From: an uncultured Chloroflexia bacterium
GTDB lineage: Bacteria > Chloroflexota > Limnocylindria > QHBO01
NCBI GenBank assembly: GCA_963814375.1
Contig: CAWFCQ010000002.1
Span: 96,001 to 160,000, forward strand
Length of the DNA stretch: 64,000 nucleotides
Direction of reading: 5' to 3'
Shown in pieces: positions 20,519 to 30,119 of this stretch; positions within the stretch are counted from its first letter, which is position 1; every line of letters begins with the position of its first letter. The position numbers and the translations under genes were made by a program. The notes under the pieces were generated by a model. That model saw nothing but the letters and a program-made list of their open reading frames with translations, was not told the origin of the DNA and did no database searches.

Positions 20519-21016
20519 ATGATCGCGAAGCAGGAACCTGGACTCTCTATCGCGATTCGTCCCGTCCGCCGCTCCGATGCGATCGGCCTCGTTGACTTCT
20601 ACGCCCGGCTCACGGCGGAGTCACGCCGCCGACGGTTCTTGAGCGGATCGATGCCCGATCCGGGCTTCATCGCCAGGCTCGCCGGCGACCCAGGCATCGT
20701 TGCCGTCCTGGAGGGATCGGCGACGCGGGAAGGAGCCATCGTGGCCCACGCGTCGGTCCAGCCCGATGGCCACCATGGTGCGGAGATCGCGTTCGCGGTC
20801 GCCGATGCGTTCCAGGGTCATGGCGTGGGTCGCCGGCTCATGAGCCGGGCACTGCACCTCGCGCGGGAGCTCGGTGCGGATCGGGCCTCCGCAACCCTGA
20901 TGCCGGGTAATCTCCCGATGCGTCATCTGTTGACGGCAGCGGGGCAGCCCGTCCGGGGCGACTGCCTCGAGGCCGGGACGGAAGAGATCGACCTCGACCT
21001 CCGCCTGGCGTTGTAG
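20519..21016 (+). CDS. GNAT acetyltransferase (similar to the GNAT domain of Pat/acyl-CoA synthetase fusions)
   Basis: IRPVRRSD..LTAESRRRRF..AEIAFAVADAFQGHGVG..N.PM. Confidence 0.82.
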   Translation: MIAKQEPGLSIAIRPVRRSDAIGLVDFYARLTAESRRRRFLSGSMPDPGFIARLAGDPGIVAVLEGSATREGAIVAHASVQPDGHHGAEIAFAVADAFQGHGVGRRLMSRALHLARELGADRASATLMPGNLPMRHLLTAAGQPVRGDCLEAGTEEIDLDLRLAL

Positions 21017-21185
21017 GCAATGCATACGTCGGGTGCTGGTTCACGAGGCCGTCCGACCATGGTGGCACCGATGATCCTGGCCCGGACACGAACCGGCGGG
21101 CGACGTCGCCGGTCGCTCCACCTCGCCGCAAACGCCACGGCTCGCCGGCTGCCGACCGAGTTCGACCGGGCGGCATTGCCTGGGA

Positions 21186-21863
21186 CTAGCCGCCGGCGGG
21201 GGGCTCTCCGAGGTGGTGCTTGGCGACGAAGGCCGCCGCCTGCGTGCGCCGCTGGAGGTTGAGCTTCGAGAGGATGCTGCTGACATAGTTCTTGACGGTC
21301 TTGTCCGACAGGAACACGTCGGCCGCGATCTCCTTGTTCGTCATCCCCTCGGCCACGAGCAGCAGGATCTTGCGCTCCTGCGGGGTCAGGTCGGCCAGCT
21401 CATCGGTGGCTCCGCCCGTGGCTGCGGCGCGCACCCGCTCGAGGACGCGCTCGGTGACTGCGGGGTCCAGCAACGAGTCGCCGCGGCCGACTGACTCGAG
21501 CGCGGTGACGAGGTCGCGGCCGCGAACCTGCTTGAGCAGGTAGCCGCTGGCTCCGGCGATGATGGCCGAGAGGACCGCCTCCTCGTCGGGGTAGCTCGTG
21601 AGCATCACGACGCGGGTCTCGGGCCGGTTGGCACGGATCTCGCGGCACGCCTCGATGCCGGAGCCATCCGGCAGGCGAACGTCCATGACGACCACGTCCG
21701 GCTCGAACCGATGCGACAGCGCGATCGCATCGGCGACCGTCCCGGCCTGGGCAACGACCTCAAAGCCGGACTTCCGGTCAAGGAGGGCCACGAGACCCTG
21801 GCGCACGATCTCGTGATCGTCGACGACGAGCAGGCGGAGGGGACGTTGAACTGGATCGGTCAC
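21186..21863 (-). CDS. NarL-family response regulator, DosR/DevR-like
   Basis: VVDDHEIVRQG, MDVRLPDGSG, and C-terminal LSDKTVKNYVSSILSKLNLQRRTQAA, closely matching the DevR recognition helix. Confidence 0.9.
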   Translation of the reverse strand: MTDPVQRPLRLLVVDDHEIVRQGLVALLDRKSGFEVVAQAGTVADAIALSHRFEPDVVVMDVRLPDGSGIEACREIRANRPETRVVMLTSYPDEEAVLSAIIAGASGYLLKQVRGRDLVTALESVGRGDSLLDPAVTERVLERVRAAATGGATDELADLTPQERKILLLVAEGMTNKEIAADVFLSDKTVKNYVSSILSKLNLQRRTQAAAFVAKHHLGEPPAGG

Positions 21864-23035
21864 GCCTGAGCGTCCTCGGCTCGATCGCGCTGGTGCGGTG
21901 CGCGAACCATGATAGTGGTGCCCTTGCCGGGGTCGCTCTCGACTTCCGCCGAGCCACCGATGGCCTCGCTGCGTGCGCGGATGTTGGCGATGCCCTGGTG
22001 ACCGTGCGCCTTGGCCTGATCGGCGGTGAATCCGCGCCCGTCGTCGCGGATCTCGAGCCGGATCTCGCGCCGGCCGGTATCAAGCCGGACCCACGCGTGC
22101 GTCGCCGATGCGTGCCGCGCGATATTCGAGAGCGCCTCGCGCGCGATGGCAAGGAGCTCGGCCACGAGCTCCATCGGCAGGTCCGCGACCATTGCGTCGG
22201 GGTCCGTCACATCAACAGCGACCTCGACCCCGCCACTGCGACGGAGCTCGCCCGCGAGATACCGAAGTCCATCGGCGAGGGTCCCCGTCTCGAGCAGCAC
22301 GGGGCGCAGGCCGAAGATGAAGTTGCGGATGTCGCGGATCACGGCGTGCAGCGCGTCGATCGCCTCGTCCACCCGCCGCCGGGCCTCGTCCGGATCCTCG
22401 CCCACGAGATCCGGCACGTCGTCCAGCGCGAGGGTCTGGCCGTAGATTGCCTGGATCACGCTGTCGTGGAGGTCGCGGCTGATGCGGTCGCGCTCGTCGA
22501 CCACGGCAAGGCGGCGGACCTGCTCATGGAGCCGCGCGTTGGTGATCGCGATGCCCGCGTGCAGCGCGAAGATCTCGACCAGCGCCTCGTCCTCGGCGCT
22601 GAACTCCGAAGCGTCGATCTTGTTGGTCAGATACAGCCGCCCGACGGTGTCGCCGCGGGTGACGATTGGCATTCCCAGGAACGAATGCATCTCGGGATGA
22701 TGGGGCGGGAACCCATACGACTCCGGATGGCTGCCGATCTCGGCAATCCGGTAGGTGCGGTTCTCGCGGATGATGAGGCCGAGCAGTCCGCGGCCGCGTG
22801 GCAGGTCGCCGATCCGCCTCCGCTGCTCGTCGCTGATGCCGCTCGTGATGAATCGCTCGATGGCCCCCTCGGCATCGACGATGCCGATCGCGGCGTATTC
22901 GGCGCGGACCAGGTCGCGCACTTGATCAGCGATGAGCTGCAGGACTCGGTCGACCTCGAGGGTGCCGCTGATGCCGCGGATCGCCTGGTCGAGCGCGTCC
23001 ACCACAGGTGGGAGCTGGAGGTCGCGGCCTGACAT
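21860..23035 (-). CDS. Soluble GAF sensor histidine kinase, DosS/DosT-like, single GAF
   Basis: GAF with LPRGRGLLG..SYGFPPHHPEMHSFLG..RLYLT; HisKA_3 ERDRISRDLHDSVIQ; REALSNIARH, DDGRGF. Confidence 0.9.
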   Translation of the reverse strand: MSGRDLQLPPVVDALDQAIRGISGTLEVDRVLQLIADQVRDLVRAEYAAIGIVDAEGAIERFITSGISDEQRRRIGDLPRGRGLLGLIIRENRTYRIAEIGSHPESYGFPPHHPEMHSFLGMPIVTRGDTVGRLYLTNKIDASEFSAEDEALVEIFALHAGIAITNARLHEQVRRLAVVDERDRISRDLHDSVIQAIYGQTLALDDVPDLVGEDPDEARRRVDEAIDALHAVIRDIRNFIFGLRPVLLETGTLADGLRYLAGELRRSGGVEVAVDVTDPDAMVADLPMELVAELLAIAREALSNIARHASATHAWVRLDTGRREIRLEIRDDGRGFTADQAKAHGHQGIANIRARSEAIGGSAEVESDPGKGTTIMVRAPHQRDRAEDAQA

Positions 23036-23095
23036 CGGCCCAAGGCTAGCGCGCCGGCCCAGTGGCCGGCGCGCTCCCGCGGTGTCTCTCGAATG

Positions 23096-23677
23096 TCAGG
23101 CGGGCACGGGCTCCGGGGAGATCCCCTGCGCCTCCCTCGTGTGCGGGCTTCCCGAGAGGAGCCAGCGCCGAATGGCCGGCGAGACGGACTCCCCAAGCGA
23201 GCGGTCCAGCCCGTAATAGTTGCCAGCGCCGATCAGGCCCAAGAAGCCGGTGACCAGCGCGTAGGTCAGGTGCTGGTTGACGATCCCGAACTGGAAGTCC
23301 CAGGCCGCCAGGAAGAAGAAGAGCATCATCAGGGTGCCCATGGCCGCGCTGAAGCGGGTCAGCAGGCCGAGGATGAGCCCGATGCCGATGCCGATCTGGC
23401 CCCACGGCACGAGCACGTTGATCACCGTCATCGCCGTCTCGTTCGTGGCGAAGCCGGCCCAGAGGTCGTGGGTCGGGTTGAAGACGGTGCCGTCCGCCAC
23501 CTCGCCGGTCACGAAGGGCCAGCCCAGGCTGCCGAGGGTGCCCCCCTGGAGGAAGCCGGCGGCCGAGAACGGCTCCGGGGCGAAGATCTTCTCCAGCCCG
23601 GCCCACAGGAAGATGATTCCGACGCCGATCCGCAGGATCGCGATGGCGATCTGATGGGATGGCTCAACGATGCGCAT
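23096..23677 (-). CDS. DoxX family membrane protein (thiosulfate:quinone oxidoreductase DoxD-like)
   Basis: LRIGVGIIFLWAGLEK..FSAAGFL..GLILGLLTR..AG.YYGLD. Confidence 0.85.
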   Translation of the reverse strand: MRIVEPSHQIAIAILRIGVGIIFLWAGLEKIFAPEPFSAAGFLQGGTLGSLGWPFVTGEVADGTVFNPTHDLWAGFATNETAMTVINVLVPWGQIGIGIGLILGLLTRFSAAMGTLMMLFFFLAAWDFQFGIVNQHLTYALVTGFLGLIGAGNYYGLDRSLGESVSPAIRRWLLSGSPHTREAQGISPEPVPA

Positions 23678-23748
23678 GTCGCTGTCCTCCGGGATGGGGT
23701 GGGAGCGATTGTCGCACTAAGCCTCTCCACCGGGCGCGCTGTCTGCGA

Positions 23749-23839
23749 GGGCCGGATGGCAATCGTCGACGGGCCAACCGGCCCGCGATCGAGCCGTCTA
23801 ATCGGTCCTTGTGGCCCGTCACGGCAGGACAACCGGCAG
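23749..23839. promoter_or_regulatory. Two pairs of DosR-like boxes between divergent doxX and nirK
   Basis: GGGCC-GGAT-GGCAA (23749) and GGGCC-AACC-GGCCC (23771); GGTCC-TTGT-GGCCC (23804) and AGGAC-AACC-GGCAG (23826); each pair 22 bp apart. Confidence 0.7.
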
Positions 23840-23900
23840 GTCACGCGGGAGCCGTCGGCTCATATAAGTGAGGCGACCACTTTTGTCTCGGAGACTCGTC

Positions 23901-24992
23901 ATGCAGCGCTTCTTCTGGTACGCCGGGCTGACCGCGGGCGGCACCACCTTCTTCCTCACCCTCGTCTTCGTCGGATCGATCCTCGTGGGCGGCGCCGCGA
24001 CCACCGGTACTACAGGCACGAACGCGCCTGCGCAGCCGGCGGCGAGCCATGCGGACCATGGGTCGTCCGGTGGCGCCACCCTGGTGGAGGCGAACCCAGA
24101 GGCGCCCGAGTACGTGCTGCGAGACCCGACCGCTCCCGCGGGCGCGGAGGGCGAGGTGCACGAGATCGAGCTCGTCATGAGCGAGACCCAGATGACGGTG
24201 GCCCAGGGCTACGAGCAGCTTGTCTGGACCTTCGGTGACGAGGTCCCCGGGCCGGTTCTGCGGGTGAAGGTGGGGGACCTCATCCGCGTGACGCTCGTCA
24301 ACCCCGACACGAATACGATGCCGCATTCGATCGACTTCCACGCCAGCCTGGTCGCCTGGAACGACGAGATGCGGTCCATCAATCCGGGCGAGGAGCTGGT
24401 CTACGAGTTCGAGGCGAAGTACGCGGGCGTCTTCATGTACCACTGCGGCACCGCCTCGGCGCTGATGCACATCGCCAACGGCATGTTCGGGATGATCATC
24501 GTCGAGCCGACCGAGGGCCTTCCGCCAGTCGACCACGAGTACGCCCTCGTCCAGAGCGAGTGGTACCTCGGCGCGCAGCAGCAGACGATCGATATCAACA
24601 AGGCATCGGCCGCTGCGCCGGAGCCCGACTTCGTGGTCTTCAACGGCATCGCCAACCAGTACGCCGACCACCCGATCGAGGTCCCGGTGGGTGAGACGGT
24701 CCGCGTCTTCGTCCTCAACGCCGGTCCGAGCGTCGACTCGAGCTTCCACGTGGTCGGATCGATCTTCCACAGCGTGATCAAGGAGGGCGTCCACCTCGCC
24801 GAAGGCAACGCAGGCAACTGGGGCGCCCAGGCCGTCGACCTCTCGCCGGCGCAGGGGGCGATCGTCGAGATGCGCTTCGACGAGGACGGGATGTACCCCA
24901 TCGTGACCCACGCCTTCAACTTCGTCGGCAAGGGCGCGCTCGGTCTCTTCCAGGCCGGTGACGGCGGCGAGGCGGTCGAAGGCGGCCACTGA
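23901..24992 (+). CDS. nirK: Copper-containing nitrite reductase, N-terminally anchored
   Basis: PHSIDFHA, YHCG..MHIANGM, SSFHVVG, YPIVTH: type 1 and type 2 Cu ligands plus catalytic Asp and His. Confidence 0.88.
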   Translation: MQRFFWYAGLTAGGTTFFLTLVFVGSILVGGAATTGTTGTNAPAQPAASHADHGSSGGATLVEANPEAPEYVLRDPTAPAGAEGEVHEIELVMSETQMTVAQGYEQLVWTFGDEVPGPVLRVKVGDLIRVTLVNPDTNTMPHSIDFHASLVAWNDEMRSINPGEELVYEFEAKYAGVFMYHCGTASALMHIANGMFGMIIVEPTEGLPPVDHEYALVQSEWYLGAQQQTIDINKASAAAPEPDFVVFNGIANQYADHPIEVPVGETVRVFVLNAGPSVDSSFHVVGSIFHSVIKEGVHLAEGNAGNWGAQAVDLSPAQGAIVEMRFDEDGMYPIVTHAFNFVGKGALGLFQAGDGGEAVEGGH

Positions 24993-25076
24993 TCGAGACC
25001 AGGCCCGGTGGCGCTCAGCCGCCGAATGCGCGAGCCTTGTCGTCGAGTCGTTGAGCTGGCAAGGAGGCTAGGTTTC

Positions 25077-25541
25077 ATGGTTGAGGTAGGGGACACGGTT
25101 GCGACCGTCGCTCGCGAGGTCGCGGGTGGTCAGATCCAGGTCGGTCAGAGCGCGGTCGGGATCATCCGCGCCGACAACGTCGAAGCAAGCATGGCCGGCG
25201 TCGGCATGGTGTTCGCCGGCGGCGACGTGTCCGTCACCCAGGGTGGGGGCCGCACGTTCGTGGCTGGCGGCGATCTGCGCGTGCAGCAGGGCGGCGCCGC
25301 GACGCTCGTCTCCGCCGGCAGCGCCTCGATCCAGCAGGGCGGCGTCGGCATTGCGCTGGCGCCTCGCGTGGACGTCGGCGGCGGCGGGATCGTCGGCATC
25401 GCGCTCGCTCCCCGCGTGGACGTCGCGGCGGGAGGAAAGGTCCTGCTCGGACCGCGCGAGGCACTGCTCGCCGGAGCCGCCATCGGGATCGCGGTCGGGT
25501 TGGTCCGTTCGGTCGTCGGAGCGCGCCGCCGGGCCGAGTGA
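25077..25541 (+). CDS. Gly/Val-rich repeat protein (predicted beta-solenoid) with C-terminal hydrophobic helix
   Basis: AAGGAGG RBS; 15-16 aa periodic repeats (AGGDVSVTQGG, AGGDLRVQQGG, GIALAPRVDV twice). Confidence 0.7.
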   Translation: MVEVGDTVATVAREVAGGQIQVGQSAVGIIRADNVEASMAGVGMVFAGGDVSVTQGGGRTFVAGGDLRVQQGGAATLVSAGSASIQQGGVGIALAPRVDVGGGGIVGIALAPRVDVAAGGKVLLGPREALLAGAAIGIAVGLVRSVVGARRRAE

Positions 25542-25621
25542 CACGGCTGGCCTCGTCGGATTGATGACGGCCGATGGCAGGAATCGGCTCCATGCTGAGG
25601 CGCCGATAGACTGGATGCATC

Positions 25622-28600
25622 GTGCCGACTGCCACCCGCAACGATCCCCTCGCCCCCTTCAGCGAGCCGACGCAAGCCTGGTTCCGCGAAGCGTTCGCTG
25701 AGCCGACGCGCGCCCAGGAGCTTGGCTGGCCGGCCATCAGCGGCGGCCGCCACACGCTCATCCACGCGCCGACCGGCTCGGGCAAGACCCTGGCGGCCTT
25801 CCTCTGGTGCCTCGACCGCCTGGCGGCAGAGCCGCGACCGGCGAAGCGGACGGTCCGCGTGCTGTACATCAGTCCGCTCAAGGCGCTGGCGTACGACGTC
25901 GAGCGCAACCTCCGTTCGCCGCTGGCGGGCATCCGGCGCACGGCCGAGCGCCTCGGGCAGGCGGTGCCCGAGGTCAGCATCGCGTCACGCACCGGAGACA
26001 CGCCCGCCGATGCCCGGCGCGCACTCACGAAGGCCCCGCCTGACATCCTCGTCACCACCCCGGAGAGCCTCTACCTCCTGCTCACCAGCCAGGCGCGCGA
26101 GATCCTGCGCGGCGTCGAGCACGTCATCGTCGACGAGGTGCACGCCATCGCCGCCACGAAGCGCGGCTCGCACCTGGCGCTCAGCCTCGAGCGCCTGAGC
26201 CACCTCGCCGATGCCGATCCGCAGCGGATCGGCCTGTCCGCCACGCAGCGACCGCTGGAGTTGATCGGCGCCTTCCTCGGCGGCGTAGGGCGCGAGGTGG
26301 AGATCGTCGACGCCGGAGCCCGCAAGGAGCTCGACCTCGAGGTGATCGTGCCGGTCGAGGACATGGCTCGCATCGGCGACACGATCGACATCGACGAGGC
26401 GCCCGGCGGTCCGGCAGCGGGACCGGAGGCGAAGCACTCGATCTGGCCGTCGGTTCACCCGAAGCTGCTCGAGCTGATCCGGGCGCATCGGTCCACGCTG
26501 GTGTTCGTCAACAGCCGGCGGCTGGCCGAGCGGCTGGCAAGCCGGCTGAACGAGCTGGCAGGCGAGGAGCTCGTCCGCGCCCATCACGGCAGCGTCGCCC
26601 GTGAGCAGCGGCTCCAGATCGAGGAGGAGCTCAAAGCCGGGCGCCTGCCGGCGCTGGTGGCGACGTCGAGCCTCGAGCTGGGCATCGACATGGGCGCCAT
26701 CGACCTCGTCGTCCAGATCGAGGCGCCGCCCTCGGTCGCTTCGGGCATGCAGCGCATCGGCCGTGCCGGCCACAGCGTCGGCGAGCCGAGCGTCGGCAAG
26801 ATCTTCCCCAAGTACCGCGGCGACCTCGTTGAGGCCGCGGTGGTGGTCCAGCGGATGCGAACCGCGGCGATCGAGGAGACACGGATCCCACGCAACCCGC
26901 TCGACGTGCTGGCGCAGCAGCTGGTGGCGACCTGCGCCCACGACCGTTGGACCGTGGACGAGCTGCATCGGCTCGTGACCCGAGCGGAACCGTTCCGCGA
27001 CCTGTCGCGGGAGCAGCTCACGGGGGTGCTCGACATGCTGTCGGGGCGCTATCCCTCGGACGAGTTCGCCGACCTCAAGCCGCGTGTGGTGTGGGACCGC
27101 CAGACCGATGTGGTCGCATCGCGCAACGACGCCCGGGTGGTCGCCATCACGAGCGGCGGCACGATCCCGGACCGCGGCCTCTTCGGCGTCTTCCTGCCCG
27201 GCGACGACTCGCAGCGCGGCGGCCGGCGCGTCGGTGAGCTCGACGAGGAGATGGTCTACGAGTCGCGGGTGGGAGAGACCTTCCTGCTGGGGGCCTCGAC
27301 CTGGCGGATCGAGGAGATCCGGCCGGACCGAGTGATCGTCACCCCGGCACCCGGCGAGCCCGGGAAGATGCCGTTCTGGCACGGTGATGCCATCGGTCGC
27401 CCGATCGAGCTGGGCCGGGCCATCGGCGCCTTCCTGCGCGAGCTCGAGCCGATGAAGCCGGCGGACGCAGTGCGGCGCGTGCGCGAGGAGAACGCTCTCG
27501 ACGAGCTGGCAGCACGCAACCTCGTGGCCTATCTCGGCGAGCAGCGCGAGGTGACCGGGGTGCTCCCGACCGACCGCACCATCGTCATCGAGCGCTTCCG
27601 CGACGAGCTCGGCGACTGGCGCGTCGTGCTGCTCACTCCGTTCGGCGGCCGCGTCCATGCGCCGTGGTCGATGGCCATCGAGTCACGCCTGCGCGAGCAC
27701 CACGGGCTCGAGGTGCAGTCGATCTGGTCGGACGACGGCATCGCGGTGCGGCTGCCGGAGGGGGTCGACACCGACGGCGCCACGATCGAGGGCGCCCTGC
27801 TGCTCGATCCGGACGAGATCGAGGATCTGCTGATGGCGGAGCTCGGCGGGTCGGCGCTGTTCAGCGCGCGCTTCCGCGAGAACGCCGCCCGGGCGCTGCT
27901 CCTCCCACGTCGGCGGCCGGGTCAGCGCACGCCGCTGTGGATGCAGCGCCAGAAGTCGGCCGACCTGCTCGCGGTCGCCAGCCAGTACGGTTCTTTCCCG
28001 ATCATCCTCGAGACCTACCGCGAGGTCCTGCGCGACGTCTTCGACATGCCCGCGCTTCACGATCTGCTGGTCGAGATTCGCGCCCGGCGCATCCGGGTCG
28101 TGAGCGTCGAGTCGAAGTCGGCTTCGCCCTTCGCCAGCTCGCTGCTGTTCGACTACATCGGCTCGTTCATGTACGAGGGTGACGCTCCGCTGGCCGAGCG
28201 CCGCGCGCAGGCGCTGGCCCTCGATCGCGAGCTGCTGGCCGAGCTCCTCGGCACCGAGGAGCTGCGGGAGCTGATCGATCCCGAAGCGGTCGCCGATCTC
28301 GAGCTCGAGCTCCAGGCGCTGGCCGGTCCTCGTCGCGCTCGAACGACCGATGGCGTCGCCGACCTCCTGAGGCGGCTGGGCGACCTGCGGGCCGACGAGA
28401 TGGCCGCCCGCGTCGCCGACCCGCTCGACGCCGACACGGCCCTGGCCGAGCTCGAGACGATGCGCCGTGCGATCCGGCTGCGCATCGGCGGCGAGGAGCG
28501 CTGGATCGCGATCGAGGACGTCGGCCGCTATCGCGACGCGGTCGGGGCCAGCCCGCCGGCCGGCGTGGCCGAGGCCCATCTCGAGGCGGTCGATCGCCCG

Positions 28601-30079
28601 CTCGAGCTGCTGCTCGCGCGTTGGGCACGGACGCATGGCCCGTTCGTGGCCGATGCGCCGGCCGGCCGTTGGGGGATCGCCGTGCCGACCATCGAGGACC
28701 GGCTGCGGGCGATGTCGGCCACGGGTTCGCTGCTGGAGGGCGCCTTTCGCCCGGGTGGCGCGGCGCACGAGTTCACCGATCCGGATGTGCTGCGCCAGCT
28801 CCGTCGGCGATCGCTCGCGCGTCTCAGACGCGAGGTCGAGCCGGTCGAGCCGGAGATCCTGGCCCGCTTCCTGCCCGCCTGGCACGGCATCGGCGGCACA
28901 GCCGGAGGCCTCGGGCGGCTGGTCGAGGCGGTGGCACAGCTCGAGGGCGTCCCCATCCCGGCATCGGTCCTCGAGCGTGACGTGCTGGCCGCCCGGGTCG
29001 CCGGTTACGCGCCGCGCCTGCTTGATGAGCTGGGTGCGGCCGGCGAGGTCGTGTGGATCGGCCGCGGGTCGCTCGGGCGCGACGATGGGCGCGTGGCGCT
29101 CTACCGCCGCGATCGGGTCGATCTGCTGGCGCGCGCCGGCGCCAACGAGGAGCGGCCCTCGGATCCGGTCCACGACGCGGTCCGACGCCATCTCCAGCGC
29201 CGCGGCGCCTCGTTCTTCCCGCAGATGCGCGCGACGATCGCCGAGGCACGCACCGATGGCGAGCTGCTGGAGTCGATCTGGGACCTTGTCTGGGCGGGAG
29301 AGCTGACGAACGACACGTTCGCGCCGCTCCGCGCCCTCTCCCTTCCGCGCAGTCGCTCGAAGGCGACGCCCCGGCCCGGCCGGCTCATGTCGCTCGGACC
29401 TCCGAGCGCGGCCGGTCGCTGGTCGCTCGTCGCCGACCTGGTGGGCGAGGAGCGGTCACCCACCGAGCGCGGCCACGCCTTGGCGACGACGCTCCTCGAG
29501 CGCCAGGGCATTGTCACCCGCGAGGGCGTCGCGGCCGAGGGGATCGCCGGCGGATACGCATCGGTCTACCCGGTCCTGCGCGCCATGGAGGAGTCGGGCC
29601 GGGCACGCCGCGGCTACTTCGTGGCGGGTCTGGGCGCCGCCCAGTTCGCGCTGCCCGGCGCGGTCGACCGGCTCCGCGCCGTGCGCGAGGACGAGCCCAC
29701 AGTCCGCCTCCTCGCCGCCACCGATCCCGCCCAGCCGTACGGTGCCGCCCTGCCGTGGCCGCGCGGGGAAGGGGATGAGCGGCTGCCCCTCCAGCGAGCG
29801 GCCGGTGCCTACGTCGTCATGGTCGACGGTCGCGCCGCGCTCTACCTGGAGCGAGGCGGCAGGAGCCTGCTCACGATGCCCGGCATCGACCCGGAGGTGA
29901 TGTCCCGCGCGGTGGCGGCGCTGACCTCTCTCGTCGCACCGGGCGGGCCGGTGCGTGAGCTGCGTCTCGAACGCGTCGACCGCGGTCCGGTGGCGGAGTC
30001 ACCGCTCGCGGACACCCTGCGCGACGCGGGTTTCCGTCCAAGCTATCGCGGCTATCTCCTCCGGCGGCCGGACCGCTAG
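25622..30079 (+). CDS. lhr: Full-length Lhr ATP-dependent helicase
   Basis: 1485 aa; APTGSGKT, DEVH, SAT, SSLELGID, QRIGRAGH, GGTIPDRG, C-terminal RRGYFV.GLGAAQF. Confidence 0.93.
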   Translation: MPTATRNDPLAPFSEPTQAWFREAFAEPTRAQELGWPAISGGRHTLIHAPTGSGKTLAAFLWCLDRLAAEPRPAKRTVRVLYISPLKALAYDVERNLRSPLAGIRRTAERLGQAVPEVSIASRTGDTPADARRALTKAPPDILVTTPESLYLLLTSQAREILRGVEHVIVDEVHAIAATKRGSHLALSLERLSHLADADPQRIGLSATQRPLELIGAFLGGVGREVEIVDAGARKELDLEVIVPVEDMARIGDTIDIDEAPGGPAAGPEAKHSIWPSVHPKLLELIRAHRSTLVFVNSRRLAERLASRLNELAGEELVRAHHGSVAREQRLQIEEELKAGRLPALVATSSLELGIDMGAIDLVVQIEAPPSVASGMQRIGRAGHSVGEPSVGKIFPKYRGDLVEAAVVVQRMRTAAIEETRIPRNPLDVLAQQLVATCAHDRWTVDELHRLVTRAEPFRDLSREQLTGVLDMLSGRYPSDEFADLKPRVVWDRQTDVVASRNDARVVAITSGGTIPDRGLFGVFLPGDDSQRGGRRVGELDEEMVYESRVGETFLLGASTWRIEEIRPDRVIVTPAPGEPGKMPFWHGDAIGRPIELGRAIGAFLRELEPMKPADAVRRVREENALDELAARNLVAYLGEQREVTGVLPTDRTIVIERFRDELGDWRVVLLTPFGGRVHAPWSMAIESRLREHHGLEVQSIWSDDGIAVRLPEGVDTDGATIEGALLLDPDEIEDLLMAELGGSALFSARFRENAARALLLPRRRPGQRTPLWMQRQKSADLLAVASQYGSFPIILETYREVLRDVFDMPALHDLLVEIRARRIRVVSVESKSASPFASSLLFDYIGSFMYEGDAPLAERRAQALALDRELLAELLGTEELRELIDPEAVADLELELQALAGPRRARTTDGVADLLRRLGDLRADEMAARVADPLDADTALAELETMRRAIRLRIGGEERWIAIEDVGRYRDAVGASPPAGVAEAHLEAVDRPLELLLARWARTHGPFVADAPAGRWGIAVPTIEDRLRAMSATGSLLEGAFRPGGAAHEFTDPDVLRQLRRRSLARLRREVEPVEPEILARFLPAWHGIGGTAGGLGRLVEAVAQLEGVPIPASVLERDVLAARVAGYAPRLLDELGAAGEVVWIGRGSLGRDDGRVALYRRDRVDLLARAGANEERPSDPVHDAVRRHLQRRGASFFPQMRATIAEARTDGELLESIWDLVWAGELTNDTFAPLRALSLPRSRSKATPRPGRLMSLGPPSAAGRWSLVADLVGEERSPTERGHALATTLLERQGIVTREGVAAEGIAGGYASVYPVLRAMEESGRARRGYFVAGLGAAQFALPGAVDRLRAVREDEPTVRLLAATDPAQPYGAALPWPRGEGDERLPLQRAAGAYVVMVDGRAALYLERGGRSLLTMPGIDPEVMSRAVAALTSLVAPGGPVRELRLERVDRGPVAESPLADTLRDAGFRPSYRGYLLRRPDR

Positions 30080-30119
30080 GGACCACCAGGATCGCTCGGG
30101 CTGCGAGGCGTCGTCGGCG

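Noticed and set aside
21020-21262. 80-aa ORF between the GNAT and the response regulator
   Set aside because: No RBS, Arg/Ala/Gly low-information sequence, and it overlaps the regulator on the opposite strand
14884-24992. Mobile genomic island
   Set aside because: Parts look slightly lower in GC, but I saw no integrase, transposase, tRNA or flanking direct repeats
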